A stretch of 64,000 bases of DNA from Octopus sinensis (lineage: Eukaryota), in NCBI RefSeq assembly GCF_006345805.1, contig NC_043007.1, forward strand, positions 4,588,001 to 4,652,000, given 5' to 3'. Shown piece after piece: positions 12,331-24,918 of the stretch (the stretch's first letter is position 1; each line of letters opens with the position of its first letter). A model generated the notes under the pieces. The model had not been told where the DNA came from and did no database searches. It was given only the letters and a program-made list of their open reading frames with translations. The translations under genes were made by a program, and so were the position numbers.

Positions 12331-13856
12331 TATGGAATAAAGAAGATCATGGATAAATATCATTCAAAGTAGCTGCTAAGTCACGTCTTAAAAAATGAAA
12401 GAATACATCAGAGTTGTCTTAAATATATTTATGAAAATAATGTTTTGGTAATAGTTGATTTTAGGGGTACTCTGTCAAATTTGACTTGGGAACTAAACAA
12501 CGTAAGCAAACAACATATCCCAGATTCTGGTCACATACTCTGCTAGAAATAGCAGTCAAATCTTTCAAAAATATGCTACTGTATTCGAAGAAAAGACAGG
12601 AAAGATACATTCGATGTTATAGTGTGAGAAAAACTGTGGTGGAAAGACAGGATGGTCACAGTTAGAAGGCTTTTGATCCGGCTAATCTCGAGTGAGACCC
12701 ACAGGACCAATAACAATCCCAAACTAAATTATTTCTTTCTAAAACAGTTGAATCTTAAAGCTACTTTCAGCAGAGTCAAGACTCAGAGAATGGTAAAGGT
12801 GTTTAAAATGAAAATAATGATTGCTGGAAACAAAGATGATGGCTGAGAAAGAGTGGAACCTGGTTGGGTGTGTGATGGATACTTAGCAACAAAGAAGTGT
12901 TCAAGCATCTTTGGCCTGCAGCTCTGCCAAACAGAACAGTTGCCATGACACCAAGCAGTGAAGCTGGGAATGAGCAGCTTTGGCAAGCAACCCCTATTGT
13001 AGGTCACATCTACCACATATTAAATTAACAACAACAATAAGAACAACATTTCCTATGGAGTAAGGGACAAGGAAAACCTAACTGAAAATTAAAAATAAGC
13101 AAAGTTTTCAGAAAATGCTGCCTTTTTCTCAAATTACTTGCAACAGTAGACACACTCTGTGTTTAATCTCGATTGATTGTAAATCTACAGAGCTTCCTCG
13201 TGACAGTGATTGACGACATTGGAATTGTGTGTGTGTGCGTACGTGTGTTTGCGAATTAATGCACCAGCTTTCTGGCTAATAGATTCTTGTTCATATTCAA
13301 TTGCTGTGACATTCACTCGATACCTTTGTGAGATGAAGAAAATAAACAGATGCAAGCGAAGCAACAACATCCATCCAGACCCAAACAAATAATATCTCTA
13401 ATCTAAAGAAGACTATTGTCTACGGAGGAACATTCCTCAAGTGTAAGGAAACAGTTTCGCTTCTAAACACCTAAGATTGGAATAATAGAATAGAAAAAAA
13501 AAAAAAAGAAAACAGAGAAGAAAAGCAAAACAAATCAGCAAAAGGTGTTCTGAAACAAGACACTGGGATTACTTTAATATAATTAAAAAAAAAAAGTCCT
13601 TCCTAAAAGACTGACAAGGGGGGGGGGGTGAAGCTGCTGTGTCAGGCAAATTCTAACATTGTCAGAAAGTGACTAAATAGAAAGCAATCAAGTGGAAATT
13701 AGGTGTGCGGGTGGGGGAGGGCAGCTGTAACCTATTTATTATGTGTGTGTGTGTGTGTGTGTGTTAATCTATATTGTGTGTGTATGTGTATAATATATGC
13801 ACACACATGTAGGTTATTGGTTTCTCATCATTTCCCAAATTCCTAATTAATTACTT

Positions 13857-14190
<334 letters not shown>

Positions 14191-14849
14191 GTGCATTAAC
14201 AGTATTTTATCTCATTATTACATTGTGTTAAAGAATATCTCTGTAGACTTTTTTTTAAACACTCTGTATTCATCAATGAATGTAAACAGCAAATCTGGTG
14301 TATATAGTATTTTTGTGGATAGGGAAAGCAGGGGCCAACTGAACATGCTATATTTCAATCCTTTTAATCAGGGCTCACGAGAAGCAGCATCCCAACAACA
14401 ACAACAACAACAACAACCAGCCCAGTATGCTAACAGGGTTTTCTTTCATTGCTATACTGTATGGCAGAATTACATTGCTAGATTTTTTTTTTAACATGTC
14501 TATGTATACCATATTCTTGTGAACTGGGAATGGCAGGAAATGCTATGTTTCTCTGTGTGTGTGTGTATATCTATGTATGTATGTGTGTGTGTGTGTGTAT
14601 TGAGAGAAAGAGAAGTTAAATAGACAGGCAGATATACACACACACACACAAAGATTCTATAGAATATGCATCCAAACTTGAGGCAAAACTGCTAAACAAC
14701 AATATGATATTTAAAATGACTTAAACAGATTTCATGTTGTCACTAAATGCCTAAATGATAGAAATTGATTTGAAAAACCAGAATTATTCCTTACAAAATA
14801 GATATGGCTTGGCACCTTTGTAAACATGAGATGATAATAGTACCACTTC

Positions 14850-15010
14850 TTTTGTCTGTTATTACGTTCTGAGTTCAAATTCTGCCGGGGTCGACTTTGC
14901 CTTTCAGCCTTTCAGGGTTGATAAATGAAGTACCAGTTGCGTATTGGGGTTGATCTAATTGACAGGCCCCCTCCCCAAAAATTTCAGGCCTTGTGCCTGG
15001 AGTAGAAACG
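14850..15010 (+). mobile_element. SINE family A, 5'-truncated
   Basis: ttctgagttcaaattctgccggggtcgactttgcctttc..gataaatgaagtaccag. Confidence 0.8.
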
Positions 15011-15689
15011 GATACTAGTACCACTTCTGTGCATGAAGATTTTAACATGCTTTTTCAGTTGGAAGATATTGGCAAAGTTTCTTAGGGTTTGCTACTGGCA
15101 TTAAACAGCCACTGCTGGCTACCTTGGAATGGCAAAGTAAGGTGATTCGAAAATCAAGGATGAATTGATCCATGCTTGCATTTTCAGAAACCATTTGCAA
15201 GAAGAAGTTTAGTGATTCCAACAGAAACCATTTCCCATGAAAGGAAAACATCATCATCATCATCGTTCGTTTTCCATACTGGTATGGGTTGGACGGTTTG
15301 GCTTGCCAGACCTCAGTCAAACAATCCAACCCATGCCAGCATGGAAAGTGGATGTTAAACGATGATGATTTCCTTTCATGGGAAATGGCTTCTGTTGGAA
15401 TCACTAAACTTCTTCTTGCTAAAAACACACACACACACGCGCACGCAATACACTGCCATGCAGTTTCAGTTTATTGTGAAGGCATTGGTCTGCCCAAAGC
15501 AATAGTAGAAGCTAGCTGCCCTAAATGTCATACAATGGGTTTGGAACTAAATCTAATGGTAACAAACTCCTTAATCACAAAGCCTTGTCTGAATCTTCAA
15601 ATTAATTGTTTAAAAATTATAAACAATATGAAAACATCGTTAAAAAGATTAACTCACACTTGATGGTAGATAGCGAAAAAATAATGTAT

Positions 15690-16241
15690 AGGCACAGGTG
15701 TGGCCGTGTGGTAAGAAGTTTACTTCCCAACCATGTTGCTCTGAGTTTAGTCCCACTTCATGGCGCCTTGGACAAGAGTCTTCTACGATGAACTTCAGAC
15801 TGACCAAAACATTGTGGGTGAATTTGGTAGATGGAAACTGAAAGAAGCCCATTGCATGTGTGTATGTCTTTGTGTCCATATTTATCCCCCATCACTCCTT
15901 GGCAGCTGGTGTTGGTGAGTTTATGTCCCTGTAACTTAGGGGTTGGATAAAAGAGACTGATAATATAATTACCAGGCTTTAGAGAAATTGGTACCAGGGT
16001 TTATTCATTTGACTAAAATTCTTCAAAGCAGTATCTCAGCATGGCTACAGCCTAATAACTGGAGCAAGTGAAAGGCACACACACATGGCTGTGTGGAAAG
16101 AAGCTTGCCTCCCAACCACATGGTTCCGGGTTCAGTCCCACTGCATGGCACCTTGGGCAAGTGTCTTCTACTATAGCCTCGGGCCAACCAACCAAAGCCT
16201 TGTGAGTGGATTTGATAGATGGAAACTGAAAGAAGCCTGTC

Positions 16242-16283
<42 letters not shown>

Positions 16284-16498
16284 TTATGTGTGTGTGTCTT
16301 CGTGTCTGTGTTTTTTCCCCCACCGTTACTTGAAGACTGATATTGGTGTGTTTATGTCCCTGTAACTTAGCAGTTCAGCAAAAAAGACTGATAGAATAAG
16401 TACCAAGCTTACAAAGAATAAGTTCTGGGGTCAATTTGTTTGACTAAAAGGCAGTGCTCCAGCATGGCTGCAGTTAAATGACTGAAACAAATAAAAGA

Positions 16499-16500
<2 letters not shown>
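15690..16500 (+). mobile_element. Two adjacent SINE family B copies (15690-16072 and 16083-16500)
   Basis: tRNA-like head, ggcaccttgggcaagtgtcttctactatagcc core, internal (TA)n, and tail ccagcatggctgcag..aaagaata. Confidence 0.82.
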
Positions 16501-16545
<45 letters not shown>

Positions 16546-16560
16546 TACATACATATATAT

Positions 16561-16775
16561 CATCATCGTCGTTTAACGTCCGTTCTCCATGCTAGCATGG
16601 GTTGGACGGTTCAACCGGGGTTCTGGGAAGCCAGAAGGCTGCACCAGGCTCCAGTCTAATTTGGCAATGTTTCTACAGCTGGATGCCCTTCCTAACGCCA
16701 ACCACTCCGTGAGTGTAGTGGGTGCTTTTTACGTGCCACCTGCACAGGTGCCAGGCGGGGCTGGCAACGGCCATA
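16561..16775 (-). mobile_element. RTE LINE 3' UTR fragment
   Basis: Reverse complement of the 5835 family. Confidence 0.8.
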
Positions 16776-17458
16776 TATATTCTATATATTCTATATATAC
16801 ATACATACATATATATATTCTACACACTGCTCTTTCTATTGACCATCTTCTTTAAATATTTGTCAATCCATCATTACAGAATCACTTTGGAATATTCTTC
16901 CTGTTCCGCTTTCCTCTCTGCAAATTCCTTGTATTCTTCCTTCATGACTTTCTTTCTTTATTATTTTCTTTCCTGTTTCCCCTCTCAGATGCAAGCAGTA
17001 TGTCATTTTGACTCACATTTGTCAATATACCTGTAAAAATATACACACACATATATAAACAATTTAAGAAGTAAAAATTGATAGTAAAAAAAAACCAAAA
17101 AGAACCCCCATACTTGCACACACAGACATGCACACGCAAATATGCACATGCAAGAATTACAAATTAGCATCCAGTTTATTCCAGGGTTGATAAAAATAAT
17201 AAAAAGAAATTCAAAGCAGTAAAATAACAATATATGAACAAAAATGTGTAAAACTAGTTATCAGTGTTTGTAAAGAAAGATATCCCATTTCAAAATTGCA
17301 GATTATCATGACAGAAAAGTTATCTCACAAATAACATCGAAATAAAAGACAACGCTAAACCAGATTTGATGCTGTTTTAGGATCATAAATATTTCTAAAA
17401 CCAGACCAAAAACAGAAAAAGAAAATCAAAAAGAAACAATGAAATAAATTCTCATCAC

Positions 17459-17516
<58 letters not shown>

Positions 17517-17564
17517 GTTATTTAGTAGTCCCATTTTAATCGCGTGCTTTCACTGCACTACCGA

Positions 17565-17765
17565 GTGGTGAGGTGGCAGAATCGTTAGCATGCCGGCCAA
17601 AATGCCTAGTGGTATTTCCTCCGTCTTTACATTCTGAGTTCAAATTCTGCCAAGTCGACTTTGCCTTTCATCCTTTTGGGGTCGATAAAATAAGTAGCAG
17701 TTTAGTATTGGGGTTCATGTAATCGACTTAGCTTCTTCCCCGGAATTACTGGCCTTGTGCCAAAA
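17565..17765 (+). mobile_element. SINE family A
   Basis: tggcagaatcgttagc..gagttcaaattc..gtcgactttgcctttcatcc. Confidence 0.85.
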
Positions 17766-17789
17766 TTTTAAATCATTATTATTATTATT

Positions 17790-17992
17790 GAGTGAGAGCA
17801 TAATGCATTCCATCACAGTGGCCCTGGGGTACAAATATACAAAGCCCAGTATACCCATCATGACTACCTGTCTGATAAGGGTACACCAGGCATCACAACC
17901 ACATGTGTGCAACATGATGATGTTATATCAAGACAAGCAGCACATGACCTTGCAAGTGAGGCCCAGTTAGAATTTTCTTCAGATTGAGTAGC
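17790..17992 (-). mobile_element. 3' end of a non-LTR element within (ATT)n
   Basis: Reverse-complement homology to 11506-11625; ATT repeats on both sides. Confidence 0.65.
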
Positions 17993-18051
<59 letters not shown>

Positions 18052-18053
<2 letters not shown>

Positions 18054-18260
18054 GGTGGCAAGCTAGCAGAAACATTAGCATGCCAGGCAAAATGCTTTGT
18101 GGCATTTCCTTCATCTCTACATTCTGAGTTCAAATTCCATCGAGATCGACTTTGTCTCTCATCCTTTCCAGAAATAAGTACCAGTTGTGTACAGGGATTA
18201 ATGTTATTGACTAACTGCCCCACCCTCCCCAAATTCCAGGCCTTGTCCCTGTTGCAGAAA
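18052..18260 (+). mobile_element. SINE family A
   Basis: aaggtggcaagctagcagaaacattagc..ctgagttcaaattcc..ataagtaccag. Confidence 0.8.
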
Positions 18261-20050
18261 ATATCATTGTTGTTGATGTTGTGCCTGTATTTATTTCACT
18301 GACAAGAGATACAGCTATATCACACGGAACCAAGGAGTTGTATAGAGATCAACCTGTGTAGATATGTAAAGTCTGTATTTAATAATTGATGCAGATACGG
18401 CCATGGTTGAAGGCTCTGTGCCTAAGAAGTTCCCTTTGTGCAGTTCCACGTTTGACCCTGATGGTCAAATTGGTTTAGATGCCTGCTATCCACAATGGCC
18501 CTCACATAGAACTCAAGCTTAGAAAGAGATACTAAGAACTGGTAACTTCATTCTTTGGGTCATTCCATGTTCCTATTCAGAACTGCAGATATTTTGTAGA
18601 GTATTCAATAACACTGATTACAAAGAGGAGGGTGGAGATTTTATTGTTTATAGTCTTCAAATGAAATGCTTGCTGACCATGATTTCAAAGTATTAGCAGC
18701 ATCGTCAGGCTTTTATATATTCGATTAAGTATCCAGAACAAAAATCCACCCAGTACCTTCAGGTTTCGTATGACCTGAAAATTTATATCTCAATCATCCA
18801 GCTTGTAGCTTTGTAGAATCAAAACTACAAGTCGATGTTTGGGATACATTATTAGCTCTTGTAAAGTCCAGGATGAGGTTCGTTCTGGCTCCAGTTACTG
18901 AATTAATTGTACTTTAGTATTGAGTACTCTTTCTATATGTTACCATGAATGTATGTGTGTGTGTTTATAAGCTCTCATAATCTATGATACACAGAAACAC
19001 ATGTTCACATACATACACCGGAGACAGAAGCAAAGAGATTTGAAACTAATAAGCTAGTAATATCACCTCTCTTTCTCTCTCTTTCTCTCTCTCCTCTCTA
19101 ATAATACAGATGGACAACTTCTCACCAATCATACCAAACATATGGCATTTATTGATGTACTCATCTATTTCTTTGTCTATTCATTTGCACTTTATATTTT
19201 TCATAATATTATTACACTTCTGATATTTTGAATCATGAATTTTTATCATTATTATTATTATTATTATCATCATCATTATTATCGTTCTTCTTATTCTTCT
19301 TATTATTATTGTTGTTATTATTCTGGAAAGCCCGTAATTCATGTATTTTCATCTTCCTATATATTTACAGCATTCCAGCTTGTTAAAAACCATTAACAGC
19401 AAATCCATAAATCCAAGAGAGCACCACTGGACTTTAATATTCATAAGCTGATGACCAGTCACCACATCTGACTCAACCAGAGGCCGTCGCTCATTTGTAA
19501 AGGCTTTAAGTCTATCCAACAACTTCACCCAACCAATATAAATATCCAACTCATTAAATGGTAAGTTATACATCCTAAATATGTCCTCCCCTCTTGTAAT
19601 TTCTGTTTAAGAGAAAAACTTATGCGATTAGTGATCTGGTCTAAATTTCAGCTTGTTCCACCAATATATCTGCAAACGCAGACACACACATACAGAGAAC
19701 AAAAGATTAACACAGATATACTTTGACTGACATATGTATTTTTAAATATAATGAATGATGGTAGGGACCGTAGAAACCCAGTAGCTGAAAGCTATAAAAA
19801 GACTAATGATATATGGATGTGTGTATATACTTTTTTTTTATTGGTTTCTGTCATAGGACTACAGTAACATGGGGGGCAGCCTTCCAGTACTTTTTAGTCG
19901 ATCATTTGTGCATGATTATATATATATATACACACACATATATATACACACACATATATATATGTATGTTTGTGTGTGTTGTGACTGCGTGTGTATCGTT
20001 GGCGATTTTTTTCCTCTGTTTTCCCTTCCTTGGATTTTTCCTTTTTCTAT

Positions 20051-20085
20051 GTTTCTGACGAAGAGCTCCGCTTGAAACGTTAAAT
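20051..20085 (+). ncRNA. Minimal type-I hammerhead motif (family 2), in a ~200-bp insert ending at (TA)n
   Basis: GTTT CTGACGA A GAGC-tcc-GCTT GAAACGTT AAAT. Confidence 0.72.
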
Positions 20086-20178
20086 CCTCCTTCCTTCTTT
20101 CCTTTCCTGAGCGTCCAATAACACTGTACTTGTTTCACGTCCTCGCATTGTTGTGTTTTCATGTTTGGATTAACTATA

Positions 20179-20209
<31 letters not shown>

Positions 20210-20919
20210 AGATATATATAGATATATGAGTGTGTGTGTGTGTAAGTATATATACACATATACGCATACTTTGGTGTGTGTGTGTGTGTGTGTGTATATG
20301 TCATCAACATCATCAACAATATTTTAACTTCCACTTTTCCGTGCTTGCCTAATTTGGATGGAATTTGTTGAGGTGGACTTTCCCTCTACAGCCAGATGAC
20401 CTTCTTATAACTAACCTTCATCCATTCCCAAAATGTTTTCCAATGACCAGACATGTTTTCATGGAAGACTGGAAATGAGGGATGCTGACTGCATAACTGT
20501 AACACACGCTTACGGCTATCATGCAACATCAGGACAAGGAGACAGTATCACACACACACACACGTAAGCAGGCAGACAGGCAGACAGACAAATTCAATCC
20601 TATTTTACATAAATGGAGGAGAGTAGATGCTAAAATGGATGATAATGTTTTTTATTCCAAATTATCATCCATGTTAACCTCTAATCTCCCCCATTTATGT
20701 AAAATAGGATTGAATTTGTTGAACTTTGTTTTATAAGTGAAATCATATATTTTATATATCTACGTAACTTTTCATATCTACCCCTAATTTACACCAGTAA
20801 ATTCAAAGTACAAAGAAATAACATTAGAAATCTTTTGGAAACTGCTCCAATTAAAGGACAAATTCACATTCAACCTTTTAAAAAGCACATGTGTATATAT
20901 ATATATATATATATATACT

Positions 20920-21155
20920 TTATTATTATCAAAGCTGCAAAAATATATATCACAAAATCTGCTACTCAGGGTTTCCCATTGCCATTCGTCAGACAGTTCT
21001 CAATCTAAACTGTCCGATGAACAGGAATGTGAAACTCTGAGTAGCAGTTTTCTGTGGTGTTTTTGCAGCTTTAATAATGATAAAGCATATTACTCTACCT
21101 CGGGTATTCAAGTACTATTTTTTCCCTCCTTGCTTTACATTTATGTGCTTACGTT
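20920..21155. mobile_element. Fold-back element with head-to-head hammerhead motifs (family 3) between (TA)n tracts
   Basis: Plus 21008-21049: AACTGT CCGATGA ACA-ggaa-TGT GAAACTCTGAGTA GCAGTT. Minus 20956-20998: AACTGT CTGACGA..GAAACCCTGAGTA GCAG. Confidence 0.75.
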
Positions 21156-21221
21156 GATGTGTGTGTGCGTATATATATATGTATATGTATATAAATATAT
21201 GTATATATATATATATATATC

Positions 21222-21498
21222 AGTAATAATATAGGGTGAAATTAATTAATTTGGAATAATCATTAATTTCACCAAGTAGATTTCGGCATGTAAAAGCCCC
21301 ATTCGAGGAAGGTTTAAGTAATACTAAGTAATTAAGGGTTTAGTAACGATTTGCCTCACCACACACCGAGTTTAGAAATAGCAGTCAAAGAGTTATGGCT
21401 ATTCTTTCTACTTAAAAGGGAGATCTCAGTAAAACCACAGCACTTAGACTGCTATTTCTAAACTCGGTGTGTGGTGAGGCAAATTGTTGCTAAACCCT
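21222..21498. mobile_element. (TA)n-flanked fold-back element with 52-bp inverted arms
   Basis: Arms 21335-21386 and 21447-21498; left end resembles those of the 30048 and 61718 elements. Confidence 0.65.
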
Positions 21499-21679
21499 AT
21501 ATATATATATATAATAGTGGTACAACAAGGCACCAATGTTTACTGGAAAGAGCAGTTGATAATTTTACAATGCTATAGTAAAGCTTTACTGTGAAAGGTG
21601 TGTGAGGGCAGCAAACATAAAAAACTTTATCTTACTTCTAGGAAGAACATTAGATAAAATTGTGGTAGAAGCCTTGGTC

Positions 21680-21910
21680 TCAGGACCCCTCATGTCTAGA
21701 AGCTGAGGTTGGGGGTAAGCAAGGGCATGGTCCCTATAGAAAATCCAGCTCCAAAATAGCCTCATGATAGCAAGGGAGAATGGGCACCAGCCAGCCCAAG
21801 GTTGGGGTGAGCTGCACCTGCCTACCTTGGTTGCTATGGTATTACGGTAGATCCAGCCACCCCCATTAATGGGGACAAAACCCAGATTTAAAAAACTGGA
21901 TGATGATGAT
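21680..21910 (+). mobile_element. Probable non-LTR 3' end with (GAT)n tail
   Basis: GC-richer island with gttgggggtaagcaagggcat (similar to the RTE UTR motif), ending gatgatgatgat. Confidence 0.45.
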
Positions 21911-22679
21911 GATATATATATAGCGAGAGAGAGAGTTTGATGTTTTTATACTAACTGTATACTTTGTCTAATTAATCTCATTACTTATTCGCAATAAGAA
22001 TTACATATAATCAATAACACCCATGTTTTCCCTACTCATATGTATATATCGTTACGTGTTTAATGTTTAACTACTTTATTTTGTTGCGGATATTGCTTAG
22101 CTGGATGCAATTCCAGTTCATAGCACTTGAGGCACAGTACGTAACCTTAGAAACTTGTTTTTATTGCTAGTGAACTATCAGTGTTTTGTGTATGCCTATA
22201 TGTGTGCGTGTGCATGCACACACAGGCACAGATGTACATGTAGACATGCAGATGTATATATTTATATGTATGCATGTATGTGTAAAAATATATTTATACA
22301 CATCTATGTATAACACTACATACATATTAACACAATTATATATATATTTAAAACTGCATTTATATTTGTACATAAACACACCTATATATGGAAAATAGAC
22401 TCTAAATGATGATGATGATGATGATGATGATGTGGCGGTGGTGGTGGTGGTGGTGGTGGTGGTGGTGGTGGTAGTAGTAAGCAGACAGACAGACAAACAG
22501 AATATGATGGATTCACACTGCTGTTAAATGTAACAAAGTGAAAACACCCTTAGGTGATGTAGAATAACATATTTATTGGAAGCTGAATCAGATGTGAGTT
22601 GCTACTCATTGCTACTCAGCATTTCTTGGTCCTAACATCTGTAGCCCCCAAAAATTACAAAATTAACAAACTCCAAATA

Positions 22680-23520
22680 CGAGGGAAAGTCAAAAATTAT
22701 CCACACTGTTGCCATAACATACCTTTGTTAGGGTCACACCACTTTCTGCGCATGCGTGCTTATAGTTGGTACTATTGTGGTCACATGATCGAAGTCTGAG
22801 CCTGATTGTGCCATTTTTCTTTCTGGCTTTACAGTGAAAGCCTGGCCGCTCCACAAGCAATGTGCATCAAAGAACAAAAAGCAGTGATCTGATTTCTCTG
22901 GTTGGAAGGTGCGTCAGGTGCTGGAATTCATTGGAGGCTTTTAGCACAATATGGGGACAATACACTATCATGTGGAAGCACATATGAGTGGATTGAGAAG
23001 AAGTTTAAAAGGGGTCAGACAAGTGTGATGCATGAAGTGAGAGCAGGATACCCATCAACCTGCGCCACTGACAAGAAGATTCAGCAAGCTCGAGAGATGG
23101 TAACGGTGAACTGGTGAGTTATCATCGATTTGGTAGCTTGTTCTCTGCAGATTAGTCATGGTTCTGCCTATCAAATCATCCACAATGAGCTCGGCTTCCA
23201 TAAAGTTTGTGCAAGATGGGTGACAAGAGCACAAGTGCAAACGTCTTGAGGTCTGCCAACATTTATTTGATTGCTACAACAATGAGGGCAAGGAATTTTT
23301 GAGCATAGATGAAACGTGGGTCCATCATTATGAGGCAGAATCCAAAAGACAGAGTATGGAGTGGAAACATCCTGGCTCACCAGTGACAAAGAAATTCAAG
23401 AGTCAGTCTTCTGCAGGAAAGGTGATGCTAACCCTTTTTTGGGACTCAAAAGGGCCTATACCGGAATACTACCCAGAAAAGGGGTTTACAATCAACAGTG
23501 CAAGATGCAGTGCTTTGCTC
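22680..23520 (+). mobile_element. Mariner DNA transposon, 3'-truncated, transposase pseudogene (irritans-like)
   Basis: TA+CGAGGG left TIR. N-terminal YEWIEKKFKRGQTSV and HNELGFHKVCARWV; catalytic region DETWVHHYEAESKRQSMEWKHPGSP..AGKVMLTLFWDSKG. Contains stops and frameshifts; no right TIR. Confidence 0.93.
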
Positions 23521-24189
23521 TCCTTCCCTCCTATCATTCTTGTTAGTTGTGAGGGTTCTTTAATCTTGAAAACTACATGGCAACCCCACTAGTAGTGGAG
23601 TCACAAACAATGCATCCGGCACCCTCTGTAAAGTGGCTGATGAACTGAGCAGAGACAACACAGGGCTGAGAGGACTGTTTCATTTTCAATTCTGAATCTG
23701 GCCTACTTCCTGTCTCATTGTTTTGATATTTTCCTCCTAATGACTATGTAGTTATTATTATGACAAAACAATGAGACAGGAAGTAGACCAAATCCAGAAT
23801 CGAAAATTAGAGAGTCTTCTTGGCCAGATTCATTAATCTGGGAAATACTACACAGTTATGTCGACATTCACTATTAAGTACCATGGCTACCATTTTCCAC
23901 CAATATCTGTTTTCAACTGAGGAGATTAATGGAATTAGCTGCACAGAAAAAATTGTGGAACTTCAAAAGATAGACTGTAGCTGCCTTGGGTGGCAGACTT
24001 AATTTGTCACACCTTGTTTAACATCACTCTTCAGTGCTCAGGTGCTTTTAATGGAATTCATCCTTTTGTAAGCATTTGCCCTGGGATTCCATTCTGAAAA
24101 TAATTGCCTTCACCCACCTCTCAAGGAGACCCTGCAAAAGGTTACGGATGGCAAATATATACACACACACGCACACATACACAATATAC

Positions 24190-24254
<65 letters not shown>

Positions 24255-24517
24255 ATATATATATAAATATAAACAAAATAGAATGAAAAAACTACAGAAT
24301 ATTTGTATTATATGGTTAAAGAATATATTAAAATTGTCATGTTAGGAAAATGATATAAAATTTTGTGTGTGTGTGTATATATATATTTCAAAGGAAACTT
24401 TTCATAAAGATTTATATGTATATGTGTGCTGAACAAATATTGTTGTAAGAAAATGAATGTGTGTAAATAAATATATGCATATATATCTGCACACACATAT
24501 GTTTGTGTGTGTGTGTG

Positions 24518-24918
24518 TAGGCATACATATAGTTGAGAAGTTTGCATTCTAACCATGTGGTCTTGAGTTCAATTCCCACTGTGTGACAACTTGTACAACT
24601 TTTGTCTTCCACTATAGCCCTGGGCCAAACAAAATGTTATGAGTAGATTTTGGATGTAAACTTAAGAAAGCCCATCTTGTGAGTGTGTGTTTTTGCATGT
24701 TCTCTAGTTAAGACATCATGTGATGGCCATAAGTGAGTGTCAACATCATACAAGTGAAGTTGTTCATTTCCAATCTTCTGTAAAAACATGTCTGGCCCTG
24801 GGGGAAATATTATCTTGCTTGGAAACAAGTAAGGGTTGGCAACAGGAAAGGAATCCAGTTCTAGAAAATCTGCCTCAACAAATTCCGTTTGACCCATGGT
24901 AAAGTAGACATTAAATGG
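24518..24918 (+). mobile_element. SINE family B, diverged
   Basis: gagttcaattcccactg..gtcttccactatagccctgggcc..ggttggcaacaggaaagg. Confidence 0.7.

Noticed and set aside
18670-18712. Minus-strand CTGACGA..GAAATCATGGTC
   Set aside because: No pairable stem II and stem I out of register.
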